A stretch of DNA of 62,727 nucleotides, filler included, from Hausera hauseri (taxonomy: Eukaryota): assembly GCA_046269625.1 (NCBI GenBank). It is 10 parts of 10 records of this genome, joined end to end, with 100 filler letters (N's around TTAATTAATTAA, not from the genome) between each part and the next. Parts side by side here need not be neighbours in the genome. Positions count along the whole stretch, not along the records: positions 31,515 to 41,425 come from JBJURY010267730.1; positions 41,526 to 47,157 come from JBJURY010217299.1; positions 47,258 to 53,501 come from JBJURY010120984.1; 7 more parts are not named here. The stretch is one strand, 5' to 3'. Positions 39,491 to 52,740 of this stretch are shown in pieces. The stretch's first letter is position 1; each line of letters starts with the position of its first letter. The notes under the pieces are model-generated. The model ran no database searches and had not been told where the DNA came from. It saw only the letters and a list, made by a program, of their open reading frames with translations. The position numbers were made by a program, and so were the translations under genes.

Positions 39491-41789
39491 TTCAGGTTCT
39501 ACGAGGAACATGAATTTCCCACTAATTCACTTTCAGAACATTACAAATATGAACAATGCCAGATGGAACTCAAGAGCTATTCTCGCCCTTCTGGCGTTCA
39601 ATCTTATACGTAAAGCGAGAAAGAATTTGGAGACGATTTGCAGATTCATTTCGCATGAGTGGACAGAACATCAGTTTAGTAATTAGAAGTACAATGAGAA
39701 TGACATTAAGAATTTATATGATATATTGAAGCCTTACAAAAAGGCATTTCAGTCATTCAAAAACCACTGGAAAGAAGAGTCATCCGTCATTGACATACCG
39801 CAAAGTAATCAGATAGATGAACATGCAATCAAGGTGATGCAAGACTTCTATGCTTCCTGCAGAAACAAAGACAAACTGAAACTTAGATTCATTTTAAGTA
39901 ATAAGTGCTAGACTCTTTATAAATGGTGGGCATCCTGTGACCCCTGTATTAGACACTGTAAACAGTTATGCATATTATTGTACTGGACGCTTTGGTACTG
40001 TTTATTTTGTAATACATGTATAATTGTATATCAAATAATGTTTTTTGTTATATCACATCACATATGGCATAAATAAATAAGAACAAGAGTATGACTATTT
40101 TACAACATCTACTGTCTTAATATTGATTTACAATTTCTGTATATATTGAAAATTCAATTTCTTAGTTTGGCGGTGACCTTTTTTCAAAATATGTTAAAAT
40201 GAAAAGTCATATCCTTAATATATATATACATAATTGAAGTTATTACATTATTATGGAAACTAAAATAGAGTCAAAATCGCATCGTGCAAAATCACGAACG
40301 ACCGCCATTCTAAAGAACAGGTGGGATAAAAATTTCAAATAGGATGTAAACAACGATAAAAGAGTGACTGACTGGTTGCATCATGAAATAAACTTTGAGA
40401 AAAAAAAGAATGATAAAAGTTAGTGGAAATGAACCTAAAACAATTAACAAGTTCGAGGAGATTAAAACGGTCTTACAAAATAATAATTGCCTATACCAAT
40501 AGAAGGCTGTCCAAGGGGTTTGAATTGTAAAAATGTGCTCAGCCTTGTTAGAATAGGTTCCGGTGAAGCGGAGTTCTGCTAAACTTCCTGTATAAGGCCA
40601 AATTGTTCTTACAGTGGTTGTATGAAGGTGAACTAATTAAAGAAGTGAGAAGAGGTACCAAACTTATCAAAGCTCTGAGTTACTTAATTAACTTACTGAA
40701 AATACAAATTATCCATTCAAAACAAAAAATTGAAGTTAATTTACTGATCTACCTTGTCTTTGGGCGAAGTAAGAGTCGGAAAGCTCAAACTGGTAATCCA
40801 GCTAAGTCAGACAGTCATATATTCTTGGAAGTGACTTTACGAGTTCAAAGACAATTCAAGTCGATATAGTGGCTCTAGGTAAAAGAGTAAACTGTCTTAA
40901 ATCGACAATTGATTATAAAAGTACGGTCGAAGAGATACAACGTTTTAAAATAATCAAACCTGACAAACCCTTTACTGCGACAACAGCTATTAATGTTGAG
41001 GTTAGTTTAAGGCAAGGCCAAGTTATCTTCGTTGTGAGTGATGATCTCGACCTTTGTGTTGGTCGAACCCTTATAATCATGACATAAGAAGTTGTCCGAT
41101 TATTACAACAAACCGTCAGAACCAACACATTGGTGTATGAAGTCAGTATAGGCTCCACAACTCATATTGTCGAGAGTAAGGGCATAGTCCTAAGGGACCG
41201 AGTAAAGGGCGATAAATTACATTTGCAGATGAAGATAAACTCTAGTCCAATCGAGAGTGACATAAGTACTGGGTTTGGATTGGGGTTCCTACAAACTGTG
41301 AGGAGGGGGTGCTACATTATATAAATAAGTATTACAGTGCTATGAAATTAATGAGAATGGTGACGTAATCCGCATCACATTCTTTGCAATTATTTTATTT
41401 CAAATTATTCTCTGAATAAACATTANNNNNNNNNNNNNNNNNNNNNNNNNNNNNNNNNNNNNNNNNNNNTTAATTAATTAANNNNNNNNNNNNNNNNNNN
41501 NNNNNNNNNNNNNNNNNNNNNNNNNTAGCAACGGTGCCTAGCGGTACCGCTGCTAGGCACTTTATGATCCATCGTGCACAGTGTGCACTATGGATCGGCA
41601 CATGTGCAAAATCGACTTATTGATTACCCCCTGGGGGTGGGACCGAAAGCACATTTTCTCACTACTGTCATGAGTAAATCCACAAATACACTGTTGAATG
41701 AGATTCATAGATTTCGACAAATCGGACTTATCCAAATTGCCCGTTATAAAATTCCCAAACGGTTCGTTGTCCTATATATCTGGCGTTTT

Positions 41790-41907
41790 TTTTATTCTTT
41801 CTAGGCGGAAGATCGGGGGCCGCCTATGGGCCCGACGCGGCGGCAGCGGACGCCAGGCCGTGTCCAGACAAGTGGGCCAGAGAGGACCGGCCTCTGTGGA
41901 CACCACA
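41790..41907 (-). mobile_element. Gypsy LTR 5-prime end nested in the integrase of another copy
   Basis: CACCACA at 41901-41907 joined directly to integrase codons PCISRFESVHIDL. Confidence 0.8.
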
Positions 41908-43295
41908 CCATGTATATCGCGTTTTGAATCCGTGCATATTGACCTAGTAGGACCTCTTCGAACAGATAACGGCAATCAATTCATATTGACCATGATGGAC
42001 CGTGCTTCTCCATGGCCAGAGGCCATTCCATTACATTCTACCAACACAGATACTATCGCTGAGGTCTTCATCAAAACGTGGATCAGCAGATTTGGCTCCC
42101 CTCGTTTTATAATCACGGACCGAGGTCCACAGTTCGAGTCAAATCTCTTTAAATCCTTAGTAAATCGCTTGGGAATTAAACATTTGCACACTTCTCCATA
42201 TCATCCCCAAGCGAACAGTTTACTATAAAGATTTCACCGCACAATGAAGACCTCACTTAAAACCCTTACTGAATCACACAGCAACTGGACAGCTGTCCTA
42301 TCTCTTGTCCTGATTGGCTGGGGAAACACACCCTCCAGCACCACGTGTTGTGCACCAGCTAAAGCACTGTTTGGAACACCAATTCGAGAACTTTATGACG
42401 TAACTGATCTGGACGATACACCAGCAGAAGAGTTGATTCGGAATGCGCAAGATCACTTTGTTACACTAAACAAAGACTCATTTTGCAAGATAGTAAATTA
42501 TAACAAATCAAATATACTAAATGATTTGTATACCGCTAAGTTTGTCTGGCTTCGAAATCCTTCACCTTGTGGTTTCCAACCACAATACGTGGAACAATTC
42601 AAACTTTTATCTTTATCCTCCAATACAGCTACCATTCTTAAAAGTGGTAAAGAACAAACTGTGCACGTCACAAAGTTAAAACCAGCCTTCTTCGTTGATG
42701 ATTCTCCCGAAGACACGCAAACCAACACCAACTCTACTGGCACTTTTCTTGACTCCTTTGCCACCACTTCACCCCCATCCAATTTAACTAACCACACGCG
42801 ACCTTCACTTGAAGATAAATCTTCTTTTGATTCTTCTCTTCAACCTTTTCCAAATGCTCAGCCTCCTTCACATCTTCAACTTTCTTCAAACATGCATTCT
42901 TCTAATTCTGCTTCACTTTATATCTTTCCTTAATCCTCCTCAACTTCTGAATCTTCCATATATCCTCAATCTTTCACATCTCCATCTTTTCTTTCATCTT
43001 CACCTTTTACTAAATACTCGTTGCAACCTTCACTTTCCTCAACTAAAACAATACCCACGACAAAATCCCACATTTTTCCCCAACTTACATCTCGGCAAGC
43101 AAACTCAAAATACGCAAGCACAACACACAAAGTTACTTTCAGTAAGTACAATAGAGAACAAACTTTCGACGAAGTACAACGTCTGGTTCACACTAAAACC
43201 AAATATCGCACAAACACATTTCCCTTTTTGCAGATTTTGCTCGTTATTGCCTTTTTTTGTTTTATAGTTTTTAGTTTGCCACGGGAGGCGGATGA
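41908..43295 (+). mobile_element. CsRn1-like gypsy integrase, Ser/Thr/Pro-rich tail and PPT
   Basis: VHIDLVGPL, TDRGPQFES, YHPQAN; purine tract GGGAGGCGGATGA before TGTGGTG. Confidence 0.9.
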
Positions 43296-45789
43296 TGTGG
43301 TGTCTACGTGCTGTGCTGCCGCGCGGCCCATTTTGACCGGACACGGCCGGGTGCGTTGCTTCGCATCGGTGGTGCCGCTGGTCGGGTTTTTGATTTCTCC
43401 GTCGAAGGTTTTTGACATGATCGCAATTACCCCATTGCTTTATTCCAATCAAGCAGTTCGGTTTTGAAATGTCGACAGGGTCGAACATGATTTCCTAATA
43501 TTTGTTGACACGCTTTATTTTTATCAATATTTACTGGACTGAACCGTTTAACAGGCCTATAATTTAACATAAATTTCAAAATAAATGGAGCTGCAAAAAT
43601 GGGGGTTATCATACAATTGTCAGGTTTGCCCGGCATTCGTGTGACATTGTTTTGTTTTAGCGGAGTAAAAACATTACACAATTGCAATTTTCTTGATGAT
43701 TTTACAGCTATCTTTAAAAAAGAAACAGTATATTTTTCCTATCTTTTGGTTATTTCAATTTTGACGATGTATCTTTAAATATACGGTCGGGTCAATTATA
43801 ATGCAAAAATCCCCCTTTATGTCAATCAATCACATGTTTTTGATGCAACAAACCGTATTCAAGGAAAGTAGGTTTATGCACCACAAAATGCTAGGTCGGG
43901 ATTTCCTTTCATTTACTACTCAATTACTTAAGGAAGAATGGATTGACGAGATACATACGGACTCAACAAATGGTGTCAGATCAGCTTTTGTTCACATTAT
44001 TATCCAGAACGGCTCTCATTTATCTACAACGTCAGACTCCGCCGTTTCAATAATGCAAGATTCGGTGCATCCTGCCACCTTCGAATACATCAACGTTTCG
44101 GTGAGCTGCACATACCGTGGCCACAACGCAGATTACAGGTCGGTGAATTTGACTTATTGTATGGTAACGCTCTGCAGTTCCATTTTTTGTTATGCTATCA
44201 TCAAAAAATCCTTCATAATAATTCTGTATCATAATTCATGTGGTTGCGTTTCTGAAATTGCATTTGTATTTAAATATTTTGATTGGTCTTCTGTCACTAT
44301 ACACGTAAAAAATTTTTTGTTACAACATAATGAGGGAGTCATTGAATTTAAATCGTTGGTGCAATTTCTTTTACCTTTTCTTTTAATATTTAATGGTCAA
44401 CTGAAGGACAAAGAAATGTCTAGTAAAGAGGGAGTAAAATTATTTCTAATAAAAATGTATCCGATCGAAGACTGTCGACCGTTTCAATTTTCTGTCGGAC
44501 GTGGCGAAATACTTTGTGGAAATAGGCAACAAAAAAGTCAAACACACTAGCCAGTTTAAATTGAGTAAAAAACATAGATCTTAACAGTGCACGAGCATTG
44601 CTGGAATCATCATTCTTGTTACTATGGTTATATATCTTTAGGATCAATAGCGGAAAACATGCAGACACCCAGAGTAAGCTATACAATACCGTTATTAGTA
44701 CTTTTCTCAAAGGTCCAAAAACTTCCGTTACACGAGATATTTTCACTAATATTCTCGTCAGATTAAGGCACTTTATTTCTCAAGAAAAGTTAGATTTTGC
44801 CTCGGACGTAATAATCGATTTAATTGGCATTAATTATGGTCCTAAAAGCATTTATTCCAAGCGAATGAAGACAGGATTCTGTGCGTTTTCACTAATCATC
44901 TTAAGCCTACTGCAAAAGTCAAAGTGAAACACTCATGCAACAAAAGTCCAATTCTGACGCAACAGATTTATCAATAAATATCATACAGAAATTTCCGAAT
45001 TGGCGATTTAGGACCGTTCAGAGCCTTCTTGGTTTTGGTTGTAAAGAAATACCACACATCATAAAAGACAGAAATTTACAGAATTGCATAAAATCCTTGG
45101 GCAAAAATTCCACACACTTAATCAGATCAGCATTGGATATCGACTAGAAGTTCAACGCAACCGTGCAAAACTTACAAAATCGAGCCAATGAATTTCAATA
45201 CGGAACCGACGAAGCTATAAAAATGCTTAATGAATGCAACATGAAAACTCACTTACGCAATGATGCTATTGAACGATTGAAATTTGTTCACAATAAATGT
45301 CAAATATTATATTCGACAAATATGTCATCAATTCGAATCTGCAATTACAGCAGTCGAACTTAATCCACAATCGAATATCTTTGCAAACAACGTCAACTCT
45401 AAACCGGTTTTCATATCAACGGCCAAACTCTTTGACGGATATTTCTGCTGCTCGGCATTGCTTTGCCGTCCATGCGGGGTCGCGCGCTCGGTCGTTTGTC
45501 CCGGGGCTGTGGGTCTCGTGGCACGCAGCGCGGGGTTATCACGTCACGCCCCTGGCTCCAGCCAGCCCACTTTTCCATTTTCATTTTTAGATACAACACA
45601 CATCCATACGCATACCGAAAATCACAATACTTTAGGAAAAGACCTACATACTTCAATCTTACACGCCACCGACATGTCTGATTTAGTTTTATTTTTCAAT
45701 GGCTTCATCATCCGTCCACGTGATCGTCTGTACAGCTTTCCTTTGCATCCCTCTTCATCTATTTCTATCAAGCTTTAGCCTAAAATTCA
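43296..45789 (+). mobile_element. 2494-bp LTR (TG...CA) with internal host-gene cargo, shared between two tandem gypsy units
   Basis: Preceded by PPT, followed by PBS TGGTGGCTCTGAC; both ends match other copies; interior is unique. Confidence 0.75.
44240..45050 (+). pseudogene. FRY: Furry (FRY/FRYL) N-terminal domain fragment
   Basis: GVKLFLIKMYPIED, ARALLES..LLWLYIFRI..TQSKL, NILVRLRHFISQEKLDFA, RMKTGFCAFSLI..SLLQK match Furry GMKFFRIKMYPVED, ARVALES..LLWVYMIRI..TQSRL, NIFVKIIQFIAQERLDFA, RMNIGLRAFLVIADSLQQK. Confidence 0.85.
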
Positions 45790-47157
45790 TGGTGGCTCTG
45801 ACCCCAACTCTGACGAGATTAAGAAATCGCCAAACATAACCTTAGTGTCGCCAACTCTTTCCTCTTTTTCACACTTTCAGTGAATTGACTTCTTCCTCGA
45901 TAGTCAGAATTCCATTAGAAAATGGCTAGACGTCCACGCAAAGTGGCTAGCCTCACATAAAATTACCGATTCCTTTCAAAAAGCCAACAATTTGTTGATT
46001 CATCTGCCGCCCAACATAAAATCCTTCATTACTAATCTATTTGACATTTTCAATCACTCCGACGCTGTGGCTAAAGCAACTGAGCCTTCTTTGGACTGTA
46101 TAATTAAAAAATATTTCAATGAGAACGCTCTTGGGCAGCAAAAACCCACTGAATTCCTGTGCACTTCACTATCACAATTGAATTCTTTGGGAGTAAACAA
46201 AAAAAAAATAACTCCGATCTTCTCCGACGTTACTTCCTTTCAGCTCTGCTAATTTAAATACGCGCACTGCTCACTGTAGTTGAGGATTATACATCGCTCG
46301 ACAAACTGGCGCAACGTGCGGACAAAAGTTACGAAATTTTTCATAACAATAATACATATAAAACAATTTTAGCTCTACAAGCAACGCAATCACCAACAAT
46401 AGTTGCACGTCTACAATCAGCAAATTCATCAAACAACGAGAACACTATAGTTCATCAAATTCAAAATTTGGAAGCCAAAAATGCGGTCCTACATCAAGCC
46501 ATATCGGTCATCTCTAGCAAAATTGACGCTCTGTCTCTACCGCGTCACGCTGGGTTTAGCGCGGATCGAAGCAGACAATTGTCTGCAAACTCTAGGCACG
46601 GCCAGTCAACTTCGAGACAAATGGTGTGCTATTATTACACCAAATTTAATTAAAATTCCAAAAAAATGTTGTATAATCTGCAGGTTCTGTGCGCAGCATT
46701 TCCAATCACACTATGCGACCTGCATCTATCACATCAAGTTTAAAGACAATGCATAACGCTGCTTACATGAACGTTGCATTGAAATCTTTCCCGCACCACA
46801 CCAAATTTCTGATTAACTCGGGTTCAGCCGTCTCATTACTTCCTTCATCCTTCAACTCCTTAAAATTACTTCCCACGTCTGCCAGACTTTTCACTGCCAC
46901 TGGGCGAGCTTTACGAATTTCTGGTACTGCAGAACTTTCTTTTACTTTAGCACATTTCTCTGAAGTCTTCCGATGGAAATTCATAGTCGCTGACATCAAA
47001 ACTCCTATCTTAGGTTCTGATTTTCTATCACATCACAATTTACTTGCCGACTGCAGACAACATCGTGTCATCAAAAATAAAATCGATAATACAAAATCAC
47101 AAAACGGTACACAACTTGTCGCGAATCTTGCTGCGATGCCGAAATCGATATTAAAGA
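45790..47157 (+). mobile_element. CsRn1-like gypsy PBS, gag and protease
   Basis: PBS resembling tRNA-Trp complement; double CHCC finger; FLINSGSAVSLL; ILGSDFL. Confidence 0.9.
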
Positions 47158-47257
47158 NNNNNNNNNNNNNNNNNNNNNNNNNNNNNNNNNNNNNNNNNNN
47201 NTTAATTAATTAANNNNNNNNNNNNNNNNNNNNNNNNNNNNNNNNNNNNNNNNNNNN

Positions 47258-50200
47258 GACGGCAAGATTCCGCGACGGAAGACGAAATGCAGCAGCCACG
47301 AACGACATCGGGGCAAAACGCAGTACCAGGTTGTACTCGGCCAAATTGAGCCACAGGGGAACAATTTATGTGTTCACCACATCACCGCTGCCCGTGGCCA
47401 AGTGAAAACTGTAAAGGTAAAAACAATAAAAGACAAAATCCGCAAAAGTGAAAAGTGTTTCTGTCCTACTCGGTCTTTGTGTGAATCAGACGTTGTACTT
47501 TGTTGAAATTTTGTTCTGTACTGTACTTTCTGACGGTAACTCTGCGTGTTTTGCTTGCGTATTTTGAGTCTGCTTGCAAAGGTGTAAGTTAAGGAAAAAA
47601 TATCTAAATTTACCGTTGGAGTTGTTTTAGTTGTTAAAGGTGGAAGTTGCAAAGGAGAGTCAGCCGAGGGTACAGAGGATATAAACGTGGAGCAGGTGCG
47701 AAGAATTGAGGATTGGAGGGAGATTTGGCATTTGTAGAGAATTGAGGAAAAAATATCTGAATTTACCGTTGGAGTTGTTTTAGTTGTGAAAGGTGGAAGT
47801 TGCAAAGGAGAGTCAGCCGAGGGTACAGAAGATATAAAAGGTTGAGCAGGTGCGAAGAATTGAGGATTAGAGGGAGATTTGGCATTTATAGAGAATTGAG
47901 GAGGGATATGAAGTGGAGTAGAGTTAGAAAATGACGTGTTTGAAGAAGGTTGAATGTGTGAAGGAGACCGAGAATTTGGAAAAGGTTGAAGAGAAAAATC
48001 TAAGGTAGATATGTCTTTACGTGAAGGTCGTGTGTGGTTAGATAAATTGGATGGGAATAAAGTGATAGCAAAGCAATCAAGAAAAGTACCAATAGAGTTG
48101 GTGTTGGTTTGTGTCTTAGGGAGAATCATCAACGAAAAGGCTGGTTTTAGGTTTGTGATGTGCACAGTTTGTTCTTTATTACTTTTAAGAATGGTAGCTA
48201 TATGAAAGGATAATGATAAAAGTTTGAATGGTCCCAAGCACTGTGGTTGGAAACCACAAGGTGAAGGATTGCCAAGCTAGACAAACGTAGCGGTATAAAA
48301 ATTCATTGGCATATTTGATTTGTTATAATTTATTATTTTGCAAAATGAGTCTTTGTTTAATGGAAGGAAGTGATTTTGCGAATCTCAAATTACCTCATCT
48401 GTTGGTGTATCATCCAGATCAGTCAATTCAAATGTGACCGAATATGTGTCCCAAACGATGCTTCAGCTGGTGCACAACCCGTCGTGGTGGAGGGTGTGTT
48501 TCGCCAACCAAGAATGACAAATAATAGGAGAGCTGTCCAGTTGCTGTTTGATTCATCAAGGATTTTGAGTGAGGTTTTCATTGTGCGGTGAAATCTTTCT
48601 AGTAAGCCGTTAGCTTGGGGATGATATGGAGAAGTGTGCATGTGCTTGATCCCCAAGCGATTGACTAAGGATTTAAAAAAATTTGACTCAAACTGAGGAC
48701 CTTGGTCCGTGATTATGAAGCGAGGTGAGCCAAATCTGCTGATCCAAGTTTTAATAAAAACCTCAGCGATTGTGTCCGTGTTGGTGGAGCGCAATGGAAG
48801 GGCCTCTGGCCATCGAGAAGTACAATCCATCATGGTCAATATGGATTGAAGGCCGTTATCTGGTCGAAGAGGGCCGACTAGATCAATATGCACGGATTCA
48901 AAACGCAATGTACAAGGGAAATGATAAAGTGGTGGCTTCAGATGTCTGTTAATTTTGAACTTCTGGCATGCCGCACACGCCCTAATCTACGCTGTACGTA
49001 TGATCCCATTGACGGCCATATAACGTTTCGTTGTAAGAGCTAAAAAGTTGCTTTAGCGCCAGGATGATGAAGAGAATCACGCTATGTAATGCAGTTCTTT
49101 GCAAAGATGAACATAGTATAGGTTTGTGATTGCCGGGTCTAGAATTGTCATAGGCAACGCCGTCGATGATTTGGTATGATTTAAAGGATTTAAGAATATT
49201 CTGCGTTGGCACATTTTGCTGAAGCACAACTTGTGAAAAAATCGGCATGACTCCTATGATGTCAAGTGATCTTGATAAAAATAGGCAACTAGATTGTTAG
49301 TGCCTTAAATATGTACCATTTTGAAACTGAATGTCGACAAGTAAGATATGTGACGTTCCTGTTGGGGTGAAGGGGCTTTCATGTCCATAATGCTAATCAG
49401 AGGTTTGTAGTCTGTTTGGATCGTAAAAGACCTGGCAATTATCTAATGCGAGAAGTGTTTTAGAGCTAATACTATAGCTAAGAGTTCTCTGTTGAAAGTT
49501 GAATAACGACTTTCTGGTGGTGTAACTTTCCGAGAATAAAATTCCAGAGGCTCGTTGACGCCATTAGAAATTTGATCCAGTATTGCGCCAACTACTGTGC
49601 TAGAGGCGTCTGTGGTTAATATCAGCTCTGCGTCAGGCTTGGGGTATGCTAAAATTTCAGTGGTTTTTATACCCTCACGTAAATGTTCGAATTGGTTTAC
49701 AAGTTCAAGTGTCCTGTGAATTAACTGTTTCTTTCTTCCAGGTGATAAAAATGCAAAGGTGCAGTTAATTCGGAGCAATGTGGCACGTATTTATAAACAA
49801 AGTAGAATGTAACAAGAAAAGAGCGCATTTCAGTCGTTGTACGTGGTAGTTGAATGTTTTTAAGCTGAGTTATGCGATCTTGTTGAGGCGAGTGGCCAGA
49901 TTTGCTGATAACATGACCAAGAAAGTCGATTATCTGTTGGAAAAAGGATAATTTAGCGAAGTTAACTTCGAGATTAAATTGGCGGAGGCTCTGAAAGGCT
50001 ATGCATAAATGCTCAGAATGTTGTTTGGGAGACGACGAAGCGATGAGGATGTCGTCTATATACGGGAATGCAAAGTTTAGACCGGCGAACACTGTACCTG
50101 TGTACCTTTGAAATGTTTGTGAGGCACTACGAAGTCCAAATGGCATGAAAATATACTCGAAAAGGCCGAAAGGTGTTGTTACAGCCGTTTTCGGTATGTC

Positions 50201-52740
50201 AGCCAATGAGACAGGAATCTGATGGTAGGCTTTATGAAAATCTATGGATGAAAATATGGTGTTACCATTGAGTCTGTATAGGATATCATTGATGAGCGGT
50301 AATGAATACGCGTCCATTACCGTAATGGTGTTTATTTGGCGGTAATCGCCACAGGCCTGAAAGTACCGTCCTTCTTAAGCACTACGTGCAGAGGTGAGGC
50401 CCAAGTTGACTTTGATCTTCTTATAATTCCTGCCTTTTCTAATTCATTAAATTCCAACTCTACCACTTTGCATCTGCGAGGAGAAAATGGCCTAACCTTC
50501 TGTTTAATTTGTCTCTGGTGTTCAGTGACGATGTGATGGTATGTTGTAGAAACAGGTTTAAAGTTGGGGTCTTTCTTTAATGTTCTGGCACAAGAAATTG
50601 TTATGTAATCGCGAGGAGCTGAATCTAGTTGTAAGAATGGAGATGCAGGCTGAGAAGTCATGTTTGTATTTGTAGTTGTTTTTAATGATTGTACGAATAG
50701 AATCGTCACAATTGTAATTTCCAACACTCAGTTCATTTAGTTTGATTACAGATTTCTTTAATATCGATTTTGGCATTGCAGCAAGATTCGCGACAAGTTG
50801 TGTACTGTTTTGTGATTTTGTATTATCTATTGTATTTTTGATGACACGATGCTGTCTGCAGTCGACAAGTAAATTGTGATGTAAAAAAATCAGAACCTGA
50901 GATAGGAGTTTTGAAGTCAGCTACTATGAATTTCTATCGGAAGACTTCAGAAAATTGTGCTAAAGTAAAAGAAAGTTCTGCAGTACCGGAAATGTGTAAA
51001 GCTTGCCCAATTGCAGTGAAAAGTCTGGCAGACTTGAGAAGTAGGAGTTGAAGGATGAAGGAAGTAATGAGACGGCTGCACACGAGTCAATCAGAAATTT
51101 GGTGTGGTGCGGGAAAGATGTCACTGCAGCGTCCAAAAGAAAAACAGCGTTGGTACAAAGATTAAGTGATGAAAAATGGCTTTTTCCAGAGGCTGCCGTA
51201 GTTTTGGAGGCATTATTCATTTTTTGAATAGATGAAGATGTTGAAGTTTTCTGGTTGTAAAACGTACACCCAGGAAGCAGCGTTCTGCATTGTCTTTAAA
51301 CTTGCTGTGATAGATGCAGACCGCATCGTGTGATTGGAAACGCTGCGAATAGAACATGCAGCCTATACAGTATTTTGTGGCATTTCGAATGAATTTGGTG
51401 TGATAATAGCACACCATTTGTCTCGAAGGTGACTGGCCGTGCCTAGAGTTTGTAGACGACTCTCTGTTTCGATCCGTGCTAAACCGATTGCGACGCGGTA
51501 GAAACAAAGTGTCAATTTTGCTAAGATGGCCGATATGGCTTGATGTAGAGCCGCATTTTCGGTTTGCAGATTTTCAATTTGATGAACTATAATGTTCTCG
51601 TTGTTTGATAAGTTTGCTGATTGTAGATGTGCAACTATTGTTGGTGATTGCGTTGCTTGTAGAGTTGAAATCGTTTTATATGTATTATTGTTATGAAAAA
51701 TTTCGTAACTTTTGTCCGCCAGTTACGCCAGTTTGTCGAGCGACGTAGAATCCTCAATTACAGTGAGGAGTGCACGTATTTGGATTGGCAGAGCTGAAAG
51801 GAAGTAACGTCGCAGAAGATCGGCGTTATTTTGTTGGTTAACTCACAAAGAATTTAATTGTAATAGTGAAGTGTGCAGGAAATTACTGGGTGTTTGCTGC
51901 CCAAGAGCGTTGTCATTGAAATATTTTTGAATTATAGAGTCCAGAGAAGGATCAGTTGCTTTATTAATAGCATACAATAGAGATTTGTAGGGGTCGGAGT
52001 GATTGAAAATGCCAGATAGATTAGTAATTTTATGTTGGGCGGCAGATGAATAAGCAAACTGTTGGCTTTTTGAAAGGAATCAGTGATTTTATGTGGGGCT
52101 AGCCACTTCGCGTGGAAGTCTAACCATGTTCTGCTGGAATTCCAACTATGGAGGAAAAAGTCAACGCACTGTAAGTGCGAAAATGAGGAAGGAGTTAGCG
52201 ACACGAAGGTTATGTTTGGCGACTTCTTAACCTCGTCAGAGTTGGGGTCAGAGTCACTATGAAGTTTAGGCTGAAGTATGATACAAATGGATAAATAGGG
52301 ATGCAGAAAAAAACTATACAAACGATCATGTGGACGGATGATGGAATCGTTGAAAAACAAAACAAAGTCAGACATGTTGGTGGCGTGTAAGATTGAAGTA
52401 TGTAGCTCTTTTTCTAAGGTATTGTGGTTTGCGATGTGTGTGTGGATGTGTGTGTTGTATTTAAAAATGAAAATGGAAAAATTGTTCTGGCTGGAACTAG
52501 GGGCGTGACGTGATTGCCACGCGCTGCATGCTGCGCGACCCATGGCCGCAGGGTGAACAACGGCTACTACGGTTCCTCCGTAATGGCGCCGAAAAGGCAC
52601 AAAAGGAAGACTCCCGTCGGAGAAAACGACCGCCGGTACGGCATTTTCGGGAACCGCAATAAAACCACGGTGTTTGAGATTGGTTCTATCGGCAATGATA
52701 ACGTCGATCTCAAATGTAACATATTGATCGACCTTTTCTG
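47258..52740 (-). mobile_element. Near full-length CsRn1-like gypsy copy (frameshifted)
   Basis: LTR end CA at 52260 and PBS TAGTGACTCTGAC; gag, FLIDSCAAVSLL, FPYIDDI, TTDASS, VHIDLVGPL; PPT then TGTGGTG at 47381. Confidence 0.93.

Larger units (their letters stand above)
36940..39911 (+). mobile_element. hAT-related (hATm-like) DDE transposase pseudogene, split by a 1638-bp insertion
   Basis: WSLHFDGK, FIGCxHHVLD, NARWNSRAI, SNQIDEHAIKVMQD; frame is restored (RVFRFYEE) on removing 37853-39490 and one TTCAG. Confidence 0.7.

Noticed and set aside
46689-51100. Inverted gypsy pair forming a large palindrome
   Set aside because: The copies are on different contigs separated by a linker
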